Shown: positions 24,590 to 37,415, counted from the first letter of the stretch. The stretch: DNA of 64,000 nucleotides from Glaucostegus cemiculus (GCA_976551045.1 CDPCPM010000063.1:7192001-7256000), one strand, 5' to 3'. Notes: generated by a model from the sequence alone, not told the origin. Translations and numbers: made by a program.

Positions 24590-26350
24590 GGTATTAGAGG
24601 GCTTAAAGGTGGATAAATCCTCAAGACCTGATGAGATATATCCCAGTTTGCTATGGGAGGCGAGGGAAGAGATTGCTGGGGCCCTCATGGTGATTTTCAA
24701 TCTTTGCTGGCCACAGGTGAGGTAACAGGTGACTGGACAGCAGCAAACGTGGTACCTTTATTCAAGAAGGGCAGCAGTGATAAGCCAAGTATTAACAGTA
24801 TCTAATGTCAGTGATAAGGAAGTAATTGGAAAGATATCTTAGGGATAAGATTGATCCACACTTGGAAAGGCAACAATTAATCAAAGATATTCAGCACAGC
24901 TTTCTTTGGGGGAGATCCTCTCTGACCAATGGGTGAATTTTTCAAAGAGCTAACAAAATGTATTGGTGTGGGCAACTCAGTTGATGTGGTCTATATGGAC
25001 TTCAGTAAAGCCTTTGACAAAGCTCCACGTGAGAGACTGGTCTAAGAGGTTACAGCCAATGGAATCCAAGGCAAATTGATAATAGGAAGTAGAGGATGAT
25101 TTTTTTTGTAATTGGAAGCCAGTGAACAGCAGTGTACTAGGATCCTTATATACATTAATGATTTGGATATGAATGTAGGAGGTATGGAGTTGCTGAATCG
25201 GGTGGGGAAGCCCCTCAAACACTGAAAGGATGCATCACCCCAGGGGGCCACAAGTGACAACGGTTTCATCATTTAAAAAAAATGTTAACACTCGTGAAAG
25301 GAGATGTCAGGGGTAAGTTTTTTTACTCAGAGAGTGGTGAGTGCGTGGAATGGGCTGCCAGAAGCAGCTGTGGAGGCGGATACGATAGGGTCTTTTAAGA
25401 GACTGTTAGATAGGTACATGGAGATAAGTAAAATAGAGGGCTATGGGAATGCCCAGTAATTTCTAGTGCAGGGATATGTTCGGCACAGCTTTGTGGGCCG
25501 AAGGGCCTGAATTGGGCCTGTTTTTCTATGTTCTATGATTGGCAAATTTGCAGATTACAAAATATGGTGTTGCTGGTAGTGAAAAATTTGGTCAGCTGGT
25601 AAGATGGACACAGTCAAATGGAATTTAATCATGATTAATGTGAGGAAAACTAATTACACAATGAATGGGAGGGCTCCAGGGAGACTTGAGGAATAGAACG
25701 ACCTTAGTGTACAAATCCATTGATCACTAAAAGTGGTAGCACATGTAGATGGGGTGGTGAAGGCAGCAAGTGGGATGCTTGCCTTCATTACTTGAATAGA
25801 ATACAAATGCCAGGAAGTGATAATACACCTTTATAGAACATTTGTTTGGCCACAGATGGAGTACTGTATGCAGTTCTGGTCAGCATACTATGTGAAGGAC
25901 ATAAGAGGGTACTGAGGAGATTCACCAGGATGTATCCTGGGATGGAGCATTTCAATTACGAGGAGAGAATGGATAAGCTGGGTTTCCTTCCAACTGAGGA
26001 AACTTTATAGTGGTACACAAAATTATGAGGCAGACAGATAGGGCAGATAGTAGGAAACCTTTACCCATAGCAGCTAAAACTAGCGGGCATAGGTGTAAGA
26101 GGTTCTGAGATGATCTGAGGAAGAACGTTTTCCCCAGAGGGTGGCTGGAATCTAGAACACACAGTCCAAGGGTGGGGGAGGCAGACACTCTCAACATTTA
26201 AGAAGTATTTGTGCAAACACTTGAATCGCTAAAGCATAGGAGGCTGCAGATCAAATCCTGGCAAACAGGATTACTATAGATGGTTACTTGATGGTTGGCA
26301 ATGGACATGTTAGGACAAAGGGCCTGTATCTGTGCTGTATGACACTATGA
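24590..26350 (+). mobile_element. CR1 LINE ORF2 fragment, interrupted at 25187-25537
   Basis: LKVDKSSRPDEIYP, ANVVPLFKKG, DVVYMDFSKAFDK, EYCMQFWS; CR1 tail at about 26320-26350. Confidence 0.85.
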
Positions 26351-26609
26351 CTTGGGTAGCTGGCAGCAGAGGGCAGTCACTAAACAGAGACCAAAAAGTC
26401 TGGGCTGATTCTCCACTTGCCCCACTTCAAAAGGCACTGGATAGTAGTGTGGCTCAGCAATGCCAGCTAGTGACCAGGACCAAAGTGGGCCAGACATGTT
26501 GTCCCGAGTTCTCTGTCACACATGGTTGGGTTCATGTTCAAAGGCAGAACCTCAATGATCCCTGCCCAGCCACAACAAATACCCTTCCTTTACTCATTGG
26601 CAGGTGCCA

Positions 26610-27135
26610 CTGAGGAGGCAGGAGTTATTAGCCATCCCTACTTGCTCTGGAATGGAGAAAGTCAAAGTTGAGTTTATTGTCATGTACAGAAGTACATGTA
26701 TGCACAAGTGCAATGAGAAACTGACTTGCAGCAACATCACAGACACATAGCTTCATATAAGCAGCATTCACAAGGAAAACATAAATTACACACAATTTTT
26801 ACAAAGAAAAGTGCATTTTAGTGCAAAGTGATCTAAACTGTAGTGGTGATTAGGGTTTTGCCGGTACCATCTGTATTTGTGTGTCTGGAGTCACAATTTG
26901 ATTGGACGAGAACAGCAGACTTCCTTCCCGAACAACACCAGTCAAGCAGCCGGGTTTTTAGTGACAATCCAGTATCACCCCATTAGTCATGCCACCGAGA
27001 CTAGCCTCTTATTCCAGGTTTAGGTAACTGATTTAATTTAAATTCCCCAGAGCCTGGGTGGAATTCATACACTTGTCTTTGACCCAGGTCTCCAAATGCT
27101 AGTCCAGTAATTTAAGCACCATGTCACTGTACCCA
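26610..27135 (-). mobile_element. Non-V tRNA-headed SINE with nested Rex-type tail (about 26660-26865)
   Basis: Shares ttccttccc..gggtttt..gacaatccag..tttaaattcccc..gtggaattc with 56510-56830. Confidence 0.55.
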
Positions 27136-27309
27136 CCAAATACAAAAATTAAATGGATTGCCTTAGAAATGGAACTTGAAAGCTTTCTAAATCCATGATT
27201 CCTTATTAAGAGGAGAATCCTTGGAACTGACAAGGATAATACAGGCTGGATAAGCAAGCAAATCAGATCATGGGGATCTGGAAAGGATTAACATTCTGCG
27301 CATTCAAGT

Positions 27310-27680
27310 GAGTGCTCACGTCTCAAGCCCAACTCCAGCGATTCGAGTGCAGAAACCTAGGCTGACCCCAGAGGGAGCACTCCTCTACCAGAGGTCTGTT
27401 GCTTAGAGGAGATCTTAACCAGAGTTCTGTCAGGTGGATGCAGAAGACCCTGTGGGGTGTCATTTCAAAGGGGAGCCCTCGTTGATATTCTGGCCAAAGT
27501 TTAGCATTCAAGAAAACATCACTGGAACCGATTATCCACTTGTGTCTACGAGATTGTCCATGGGAGCTTTCTGTGTAAAAACTGTTACTGTGATTGCTAT
27601 GTTAAAACTGGGCCAATATTTCATTGGTTGCAAATAGCTTCAGGAAGACCCACGAACTAATAAAAGGCAAGTCGTCATTT
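27310..27680 (+). mobile_element. DeuSINE, diverged
   Basis: Core tctggccaaa..catcact..tgggagctt..ttcattggttgcaaatagctt. Confidence 0.5.
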
Positions 27681-28309
27681 TTCTTCAGAAAGTAACGTTG
27701 ATGGTTTAAAGGCACAGTACATGCTACATTGCAGTACATGCATATTAAACTTTCCTCCCCAATCCCTGGTGATACTCCACTCTTCCTTTAGGTGTTGGAC
27801 TCCTGGAATGTGATTACATATATGCAAATGACCTTCAGCTTTTCCACTCATGTTACCCTAACTCAATTACCGCTGGCAAGGAAGAGAGTGGGGACCCCGA
27901 GTCACTGCCGAGAATACATGTGCTCGGTCAACAGTCCTTCCAGCAGCTATTCCCACTTATCCCAATTAGATGCAGGAGCAGTGACTGCATCTTCCTCTAC
28001 AGGAGGGCCCAGGTCAATTATAGCCTTTTAACCCCACCCAGTAACACACAGAGTATTTATGTGTACACATACAAATATCAGGGGGATCAGCATGGTCAAC
28101 ATATCTGGGAAAGGTCAGGATCACAAGCCAAGTGTTCACCATTGCTGTTTTATGCTCAATGAATTTCCATTGAAACATGAGACGAGAAACTGAAAACTTT
28201 AGGGGTTTGACTCTCAATTTTGGAGTTGCCCCTTTACCAGGGGTGCATCTATGCAAAATTTAACAGGGCTGCTCAAAATGTCCCAAAAGCAACTCTGCAA
28301 AATATCTTG

Positions 28310-28930
28310 TTGGCCTTCATAAATCAGTGCATTGAGTATAAAAGTTGGGAGGTCGTGGTGAGTTTGTACAGGACATTGATGAGGCCGCACTTGGAGTATT
28401 GTGTTCAGATTTGGTTGCCCTGCTATAGAAAAGATGTTATTAAACTGGAGTGAGTGCAGAAAAGATTTACAAGGATGTTGTCTGGACTTGAGGGACAGAG
28501 TTACAGGGAGAGGTGGCACAGGAAAGGGCTTTTTTCTCTTGGAGCGTAGGGGGCCGAGAGGTCATCTTATAGAGGTGTACAAAATCATGAGGGGCACAGA
28601 CAGGATGAATGCACTCAGTCTTTTTCCCCAGGGTTGGGAAATCAAGAACTAGAGGGCATAGGTTTAAGGTGAAAGAGGAGAGATTAATAAGAACCTGAGG
28701 GGCAACATTTTGTTTTACACAAAGGATGGTACATATGTGGAATGAACAGCTAAAGGAAGTGGTTAAGGCAGGTACAATAACAACTTTGAAATGACAGTTG
28801 GACAGGTACATGAATTGGAAAGGTTTAGAAGATTATAGACCAAATGTTGGCAAATGGGATTAGCTTGGATGGGAAATCTTGGTCAGCATGGATCAGTTGG
28901 GCTGAAGGGCCTGGTTTTGTGCTGAACAAT
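28310..28930 (+). mobile_element. CR1 LINE 3' fragment
   Basis: IEYKSWEVVVSLYRTLMRPHLEYCVQIW, RGHLIEVYKIMRG, CR1 tail. Confidence 0.88.
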
Positions 28931-30232
28931 TCCATAACCTGCAATTATTCAACTATTCCTCCAGCAGGGGCAAGACTGTGTTGCTGGACAGGGGCACAAA
29001 GCTGAACTTTGGATCAAAGCAACTGGATAGGTGCCTGGAAATCCAGAAGCAGCAGAGAATAGAGTGAGGCCCACGGAAACGGCTGGCATATCCTTTGGGA
29101 GTTGGGAAGGCAGGTCATGAAGTGAGAATGAAAACCAAGGCAACTGGATCAAAGCCAGTACTGGACTTGCAAGAACGTTGGACCTCTGGGACTTTGTAGG
29201 CAGATGACCCCCAGAATTCTGAGCTCTTGAAACTCTCTTGTCCTGGGACTTGGATGTAGAAACTTTTGCTTGAACAGGCCAGCCCAAGATCACCAAATAT
29301 TGGACCAGCACATCACTTGATTGAGATGGGTGAGCATCAGACACTCATTGGGTGTACCAAAGTTACAAGGCATCAAGTTTCTGCTGTTTGCACTCAGGGA
29401 GTTGCCTCAGGGCAGGGTATTACATGAGGAGGGGCTGTGACCACAATAAGGGGAGCCTGTAGATCATTGGCAAGGATTAAGTAGGGAGTTGTCCTGAGGC
29501 AGTGATCAATTGGAAACCACCATTAACTAACAGGCCAATTGCTTCTCTTTTGACAGGGCTTTCCAACAAACAGCATTGGCGGCTTTCCAGCTAAAGCGGG
29601 TTCCTCTATCATCTGGGCAAAATAATCATTAGCAGGCAGCTGGCGGGTCTAGTGGCCAAATTGGCTTCAACATCTGGATCGCGTGTGCACGCCACACTCA
29701 CTGAGATCCACAGCCTCGGAGAGTTAACAGCCAGAATAGTTTCTCTTGGAAACCACTAGTGCTGTCATTTACATTCAGGATCTCTACTTTAACACAATGC
29801 AGGCCGAAAGAATTTGCACTTGTGACCTTAAAAGAACATCATGCCAGTAAGATCCTGCTTGCAGAGCTGCCATGTGTCATTATTTCCTTTGTAGAAACAA
29901 CACCCAGTTTCTAAATGTGCATCCAAAAACAACTTCCTCAGGCCAGCACAAATGTTAATTACAAATGAAGCAATTGGACACAACCAGATTTCAGCAGGTG
30001 GGCTCGCAAGGAGGTTCATTACAATGGAGTGGCCTCTCAGTTAGAACATGACATCCAAAAGCAGGGCAGATTTCAGTGGTGTGCTGAACAATATTTATCC
30101 CCACATCTGACACCACTGAAACAGGGCTGCACATGCGCTTGCTGTGTTTTTCTGTCCATTTTTGAAGGTACTGTTAGAAATAGAGTTCTAGGATTTAGAG
30201 CCTGTGCCAGAGGAAGTGGTAGAGATGGGTAG

Positions 30233-30530
30233 AATAAGATAAGATCGTTGTTAGTCACACGTACATTTGAAACACAGTGAAATACATCTTTTGCGTAGTG
30301 ATTTTGGGGGGGGGGGGGGGGGGGGGGAGCCCGCAAGTGTCGCCACCATAGCATGCCCATAACTTCCTAACCTGTACGTCTTTGGAATGTGGGAGGAAAC
30401 CGGAGCACCCGGAGGAAACCCACTCAGACACGGGGAGAACGTACAAACTCCTTACAGACAATGGCTGGATTTGAACCCGGGTTGCTGGCGCTGTAAACTA
30501 TTATGCTAACCACTATGCTACCGTACCTGC
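30233..30530 (-). mobile_element. V-SINE variant with Rex-like tail and a G22 run (30306-30327)
   Basis: Colinear with 5497-5799; the short g-run of the sister copies is expanded to 22 G. Confidence 0.75.
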
Positions 30531-30689
30531 AAATGCAATATTTAAAAGAAATTTGGACAGTACAAGGATAGGAAAAGTTCAGGAGGGATTTGGGCCAAAC
30601 GCAAGCAAATAGGACTAGCTTGGGTAGGCAACTTGGTTGGCGTAAGAGTTGGGCCAAAAGGAGTGTTTCCATGCTATGTAAATCTATGA

Positions 30690-31050
30690 CTCTATGATGA
30701 TGAAGGAATGACAATTTACTTCCAAGACCTGGTGGGGAACCTGCAAGTGGTGGTGTTCCCATGTGCCTGCTGATCTTGTCCCTCTTGGTAATAGAGACCA
30801 CTGTCGGAGTAGCCTGGGTGAGTAACTGCAATGCATTTTGCAGTCAGTACACACTGCAGCCACTGTGTGCCAGTGGTGGAGGGAAGGAATGTTTACGTTG
30901 GTGGTTGGGGTGGGTTTTATCCAGGGTGGTGTTGATCTTCTTGAGATTTGTTGGAGCTGCACTCACCCAGGCAAGTGCTCCTGACTTTTGCCTTGTTGAA
31001 GGGGTGCTAGGAGGTGAGTCACTTACTGCGAGATATGCGGCCTCTGTATA
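30690..31050 (-). mobile_element. LINE 3' fragment of a second CR1/L2-group family
   Basis: NIPSLHHWHTVAAVCTDCKMHCSYSPRLLRQ..WEHHHLQVP; a more decayed copy is on + at about 42545-42975. Confidence 0.6.
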
Positions 31051-31974
31051 TTGGTGTGTAAATAGGTGCCTGTGTTTCCAGTACTGCAGGAGTAACCATG
31101 CTTCAGAAGAATTTCATTGGTTAAAATGTTCCTGAAAGGTGCTATAGAAATACATATCCTTTCTTTCTTTAACATGCATTAAAGGGTCCGCCATGACAGT
31201 CTTCTGCCTTTCCTGAGCATTGCAGTCTATGAATTTTGCCCTTTACTAATGAGCATTTAAGGCAGTCAGGGATTTTGTTTTAGCAACATTTTTGCTCTGC
31301 AGCTTGCATTATACAACAACTTTTAATTATGAAGTCAGAAGAGTATGAAAATAATTAAGAGATAATACTACTGGACTGCATTAATATTGGCAAGCATTGA
31401 AATTGTTCAACATACTTGCATCTTCACAGAGTTGGACCAGGATTAAAGGAAATTGAAGATGCTGGATTTTAATCACAGGCCTGAAAGTTCTTTTGCTTTA
31501 CAATTAATGCCTCTAATTATAGAAGTGTATTTCTATAGCATCTTTCACATCCCTCACAGTAAATCCCTGTGTTTTGACACCAATGAAGTACCTCTGAACT
31601 GCAGTCACCAACTGTAATGCAAGAAACTCAGCAGCCAACTTGTGCATAGCAAGCTCCCGCAAACAGGAACACAATGACAACCAGATAATCTGCAGCGATA
31701 ATGTCAGCTGAGGGATAAGTACAGGCCAGGGTGGGGAGCAGTTTTTATTTTACACAGAGTGGTGATTGGCATGAATGTGCTGCCAGGGGTGGTGCTGCAG
31801 ACAAATACGATAGAAGTGTTTAAGAGGCTCTTAGATAAGCACATGAATGTGCAGAGAATGGAGGGATATGGACCGGGGTCAGCAGACAGGATTAGTTTAG
31901 TTAGGCCTCATTAGCCTAATTAGTTTGGTACCACATTGTGGCCCGAAGGGACTGTCCTGTGCTGTATTCATCTA

Positions 31975-32947
31975 TGGTCCAACTCCATTTACAAGTTCAC
32001 CGACATGGTGGTCCGAATCTGAAACAACGACAAGACAGAGTACAGGAAGGAGATAGAGAGCCTGGTGGCATGGTGTCAACGTCACCAAAGCAAAAGAGCT
32101 GGGCATTGACTTCAGGAAGCTGGGCAGAGTACATGCCCCTATATGTATCAATGGTGCTGAGGTGGAAACGATTGAGAGCTTTAAGTTCCTAGAAGTAAAT
32201 ATCACCAATAGCTTGTCCTGGACCAACCACATTGCTCTGGCCAAGAAAGTGCAGCAATGCCTCTATCTCCTCAGAAGGCTAAGAAAATTCAGCATGTCCC
32301 TGATGACCCACACCAATTTTTTTTATAGATGCACCATAGAGAGCATTATACTAATATGGCAACTGCTCTGCCCAAGATCGCAAGAAATTACAGAGGGTTG
32401 TGAACACAGCTCAGTGCATCATGAAAACCAGTCTCCCCTCCACTGACTCTGTCGATACTTCCCACTGCCTCAGGAAAGCAGCCAACATAATCAAGGACCT
32501 CTCCCACCCTGGTCATTCTCTCTGCTCCCCCTTTCCATTGAGCAGGCGATACAGAAGATGAACCCATGAACACATTATTATTCCTTTTTTTTTGCACTAT
32601 TTATTTTTGTAATTTATAGTAATTTTGTGTCTTTGCACTGTATTGCTGTTGTTAAACAACAAATTTCACGTCATATTAATCAGTGAAAATAAATCAGATT
32701 CTGAAGAGCTTGGGAACACGCACCACCAGGCTCAAGGACAGCATTGTTATCAGACTTTTGAATGGACCTCTTATATGATAAACGTGAACACTTGATCTCT
32801 CAATCTACCTCATTATTAACCCTTGCACCTTATTTGTCTACCTGCACTGCACTTTCTCTGTAACTGTACCACTATATTCTGCATTCTGTTATTGTTTTTC
32901 TCCTTTGTACAACCTCATTGTTGTTATGTTTGGAATGATCTGTATGG
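31975..32947 (+). mobile_element. Rex1/Babar LINE 3' fragment; its tail resumes at about 34115-34170
   Basis: NSIYKFTD, ESFKFLEVNITNSLSW, CLYLLRRLRKF, YRCTIESI. Confidence 0.8.
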
Positions 32948-32949
32948 AT

Positions 32950-34114
32950 TGGTAAATTGGTTTATTGTTTTGACATGTGAAAAAATTGTCTTGAATTCCG
33001 TTCATACAGATAATTTCATTACAACAGTGCATTGAGGTAGTACAAGGGAAAACAATAACAGAATGCAGAATAAAGTGCTACAGTTACAGAGAAAGTGCAG
33101 TGAAGGTAGACAATAAGGTGCGAGGTCAGAATGAGGAAGATAGTAAGGCCAAGAGTCCATCTTATCATACTAGGGAACCATTTAATAGTGTTATAACAGT
33201 AGGATGAAAGCTGTCTTTGAGGCTGGTGGTACCTGCTTTCAGGCTTTGTATCTTCTGCTCGATGGGAGAGGGGAGAAGAGAGGATGTCCGGGGTGGGTGG
33301 GGTCTTTGATTATGTTGGCTGCTCTACCCAGGCAGCGAGAAGTATAGACAGAATCCGTGGAGGGGAAGCTGATTTCCATGATGTGCTGAGCAGTGTCCAT
33401 GACTCTCTGCAGTTTCTTGCAGTCCTGGGCAGAGCAGCTGCCATACCAAGCCTTGATGCATCCAGGTAGGATGCTTTCTATGGTGCATTGATAAAAATTG
33501 GTGAGGGTCACAGGGGACATGCTATATTTCTTTAGCCTCCTGAGAAAGTAGAGGCGCTGGTGAGCTTTCTTGGCCTTGGCATCCACATGGTAGGACCAGG
33601 ATAGGCTACTGGTGACGTTCACTCCTAGAAACCTGAAGCTCCCAACCCTCTTGGCCTCAGCACTAATAATGTACACCGCCCGCTTTCCTGAAGCCAATGG
33701 CCAGCTCTTTTATTTTTCTGACATTGAGGGAAAGATTGTTGTCATGACACCATGTCACTAGGCTCTCTATCTCTTTCCTGTACTCCGATTCATCGTTACT
33801 TGAGATACCATCCACTACGGTGGTATCATCTGCAAACTTGTAGATGGAGTTAGAGCAGAATCTGGCCACACAGTCATGAGTGTATAGGGAGTAGAGGGCT
33901 GAGGACGCAGCCTTGTGGGGCACCAGTGTTGAGGATAATCGTGGTGGAGATGTTGCTGCCTATCCTTGCTGAATGTGGTGTGTTGGTCAGGAAGTCAAGG
34001 ATTCAGCTGCAAAGAGAGGTGCTGAGTTCCAGGTCTGAGTCTGGAGATAATTTACTTGGAATTATAGTATTGAAGGCAGAGCTGCAGTCAATAAACAACA
34101 GTCTAAGGTAGGTG
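32950..34114 (-). mobile_element. Rex1/Babar LINE inserted antisense into the tail of the same-family copy
   Basis: ORFs 33663-33923 ([19 protein letters not shown]) and 33239-33697 (QRLYFLRRL..CTIESIL..IIKDPTHPGH). Confidence 0.85.
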
Positions 34115-34389
34115 ATGGCACACAAAACAAAGTTTTTCACTGCATCTCAGTACATGTGACAATGATAAGCTAATTACTGGAGCAGGAGGCTGGATGCTTG
34201 TGCACAAATCTTTGTAATGGGACACAGAACCTCTGATACAGATGGGAAAGCAGTACCAACCGAACTATGGCTGGCATTCAAGACTGGCAAAAGTCAGAGC
34301 TTCCAGCTAAGCATTATTTCACTCTCGTCCCCAGCAATGCCAAGGTCATTAGCAACTTATAAAATGGAAAGTAAAAGTCCGTTTTATAC

Positions 34390-34466
34390 CTGCCATCCCA
34401 GGTCCCGAAAGCTGACATAGAGTTCATGCTTCTTGCAAGCCTGCCGCTGGTCACTGGTATTGTACT
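34390..34466 (-). CDS. BMP6: BMP6 exon 5 (77 nt)
   Basis: Acceptor caacag|AG; reads (E)[25 protein letters not shown]; donor CAG|gtataa; joins exons 4 and 6 in frame. Confidence 0.95.
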
Positions 34467-35054
34467 CTGTTGGAAGAAATAAAATTACATTTAAGAATAA
34501 AAACTCACATAGAGTAAGCACAGACAAGGGAAGGACCTCTGATCCTCTTGCTGCTTGTAAAGTGAAAACAATTTTCACAGCCACCAACCCACCCCCCCTT
34601 GAATTTTAATTTGTGCAATGATGCACAGAACGTTCAAAGTATTAATGATTCTGTTAAGTACGGTCTCAAAGTTGCCTTCTGCCACTCCATACCTACATCT
34701 TCCCTATCTGGTAGTCACAGTGCAATTTGATATGGTGTGCGGGATTAACCGTCTCCACTCCTTCTCACTGGCTTTACATAAAAGCAAGAGTCAAATCTCT
34801 CCTGACCCTTTCCTGTAACTTAGTCTCCTGACATTATGATTCAGTTTTGTGGCCTTTCTAGAACTAAGGAGGTTTCTCTTGTGTTTTTGTGACGGTAAAA
34901 GGTACAACCTTATATATAACATCATACAGCTCCCTCAAAGTGCACTGGCGGGGCAGAAAATTGAGCATACACTGTGTTAACTGCTGCAGTGCATTGACTG
35001 GACATGGTCAATACACCATCTACCCAGCCTCTCTCTCCAATACTATTCATTTCA

Positions 35055-35230
35055 TTGGAGACACACGAGACTGCAGATGCTAGAATCTGAAGCAAAACAC
35101 AAAGCACTAGAGGAACTCAGCAGGTCAGGCCAGTGAAGATGAAGGGTCTTGACCTGGAACATCAGCTGTCCATTTCCCTACATAGATGCTGCCTGACCCA
35201 CTGAGTTCCTCCAGCGCTTTGTGTGTTGCT
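35055..35230. mobile_element. Palindromic Penelope-derived mini-element
   Basis: gaggaactcagcaggtcaggc / gcctgacccactgagttcctc; centre gatgaagggtcttgacctggaacatc. Confidence 0.7.
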
Positions 35231-35569
35231 GTATCCATTTCATTCCCCATTTCTCACGCCATGTGAAAAACCTGGCACATACCTCTAACGAATATCATCA
35301 GTATACACCCTCTCCATTTGTCGGATATTGTGTAAAATTTTCTTGGGATTGCACAACTCTCTCCTTCCAACCCATTCCACGCACTGAGTGGCTCTTATTA
35401 GAGATCACTTCTGCAGATAAAGGACAGCAAGGGACCAGTCATGGTTCTGGGCCATCCTCCATTCTGCTGGGCTTGGTCTCATGGCCCTGACCACCACCTG
35501 TAGCTTCTTCAGAAGTTTCATCCAGTTTAGGCTTACATGACAACCTGCAGCTTTGTTACAGTATATGAA

Positions 35570-36030
35570 CATGCAAATTATAAGCTATAGGAGGCCCCTT
35601 AGCCCTGCTCCACCACTTAATAAGATCATGGCTGACCTGACTGTAAGACCGCCTGCATTCCCACCCACCCATGGTAACCTTTTACCCCAATGCTTATCAA
35701 GTTATGTATCAACTTTGGCCAAGAAAATATTCATGAAGACTTTGCTTCCACTGCCCTTTGAGGAAGAAAGTTCCAAAGACTCTCGACCCTCTGAAAAAAA
35801 TTTATCTCATCTGTCTTAAATGGACAACCCCCTTTTTTTTAAAAAAACAGTGACAGTCACTTTAGATTTTTCTAAGAGGAAACATCCTCCCCATATCCAC
35901 CTTGCCAAGACCCCACCAGGTCTTTCAATTAAGTCCCCTCTTACTCTTCTAAACTCTAGCGGGTACAAGTCCAACCTATGCAACTTTTCCTCATACGACA
36001 ACCTGCCCATTCTGACTATCAGTCCAGTAG
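35570..36030 (-). mobile_element. CR1 LINE 3' fragment
   Basis: LSYEEKLHRLDLYPLEFRRVRGDLIE. Confidence 0.75.
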
Positions 36031-36399
36031 ATCTATAAAGACAAATGGTAACCATATAGGTCACAGCATGTCACACCACTGAAGCGACACCAACAGAAAT
36101 AGAGTCCAAGGACAGGTATATTTGAGCTTTTATGTTGGGCTGGGTTGAAAAGGGTTTGTAATGGCTCCAGAACATTGGCCTTCAGCACCCCCCTCCCACC
36201 CCCCATTGTACCTCCCAGTCTCATGGGGAGATCTTCATCATGATGGTTCTAGGGGAGCTTGTCACCAACTTTGACTGCCAAGCCTATGAATGAATAAAAA
36301 CTGTGACCCAACTCCAGATATTTTGCCATTCAACCAGTCCAGAGTAAACAATGCCAACCATGGCAAATTCTCTGCCACTGGGAATAGCAAACAGGCAGT

Positions 36400-36895
36400 G
36401 TGAATTGCTCCCACTCTGCCCCTTTTCTCTCTCCTCCTGATCTACCCAGTTCTTCCTACATCCCCCCAGCCTCCCATCATCGTGTTTCTTTCCCCTCCTC
36501 CACCCACTCCCTGCCCATCAACTACACATTCCTGCCACTATCCCCATTTGCCCTCCCTTACTCAATTCCATGCTCCACATTCTTCTCCTGTCAACCATTA
36601 TCTGCAGCCCTTTGTTGCCTCCACCTATCACCTCTATGCCCCTGCTGCTAGTTCCACTCTCTCCTCCATCTGCCTATCATTCCTCCTCACCTGCATCCAT
36701 CTGCCGCTCTTGCTGCATCCCTTCCTCTCATCTCTTTACACTGGCTATCTCCCCTCTCTTTCAGTCCAGGTGAAGGGTGTCGACCCAAAACATCAACTGT
36801 TCATTCCCCTCCACAAAGACTGCCTGATCTGCTGAGTTCTTCCAGCAGCATGTTTGTTGCTCCAAATTCCAGCATCTGCTGACTCGTGTCTCCAG
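36400..36895 (+). mobile_element. Penelope 3' UTR/pLTR with hammerhead motif (36762-36799)
   Basis: Colinear with 13370-13839; terminal ttccagcatctgc. Confidence 0.7.
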
Positions 36896-37291
36896 TATCA
36901 AATAAACGATACAATTATCCCAATCCTCCCCACGAATGTTTCTCTTTCAATATTTCTCTAATTTCTCTCCTCTCAAGTTACTCCTGATTCTGCTTCCACT
37001 ATCCTTGAAAGGAACATGGGCCAATCATGAAACTCATTGGGTACGAACAATCTTCCTCTGGATCTTTAACCAACTGCTTCAAATCTGTATTAATCAGAAT
37101 CAGTTTATTGTCACTTTCAAGTACACACACACACAGCACACATGAAGGCGAGATATCGTACTCCACAGGCCAATGTGCAAAAGACATTAAAGACAATAAA
37201 AGACAACAGGACAAAAACATCAAAACATTGGAGCCGCATGGACTTCGGTCTGCTGGTACAACACGTCTCCCAGAACCTCAACATTACATCT

Positions 37292-37415
37292 CCCAGCCCC
37301 AGCCTCACCCCGCACCGACGACCACCTCCAGCCCCGCAGTCCTACAACCTCCGGGCCCACAGTCCAACAACCACCTCCAGCCCCGCAGTCCGATCCGATG
37401 ACCACCTCCGGCCAC
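37292..37415. repeat. C-rich minisatellite (about 24-bp unit accacctccagccccgcagtcc)
   Basis: Unit recurs 4-5 times imperfectly, beside a LINE-tail-like sequence at about 37095-37260. Confidence 0.65.

Noticed and set aside
30306-30327. G22 run as a functional G-quadruplex
   Set aside because: It is a slippage expansion of a short g-run inside a SINE (sister copies have 4-5 G), and homopolymer length is unreliable.
37292-37415. CRISPR-like repeat-spacer array
   Set aside because: Eukaryotic intron; units are degenerate tandem copies without unique spacers, and there are no cas genes.
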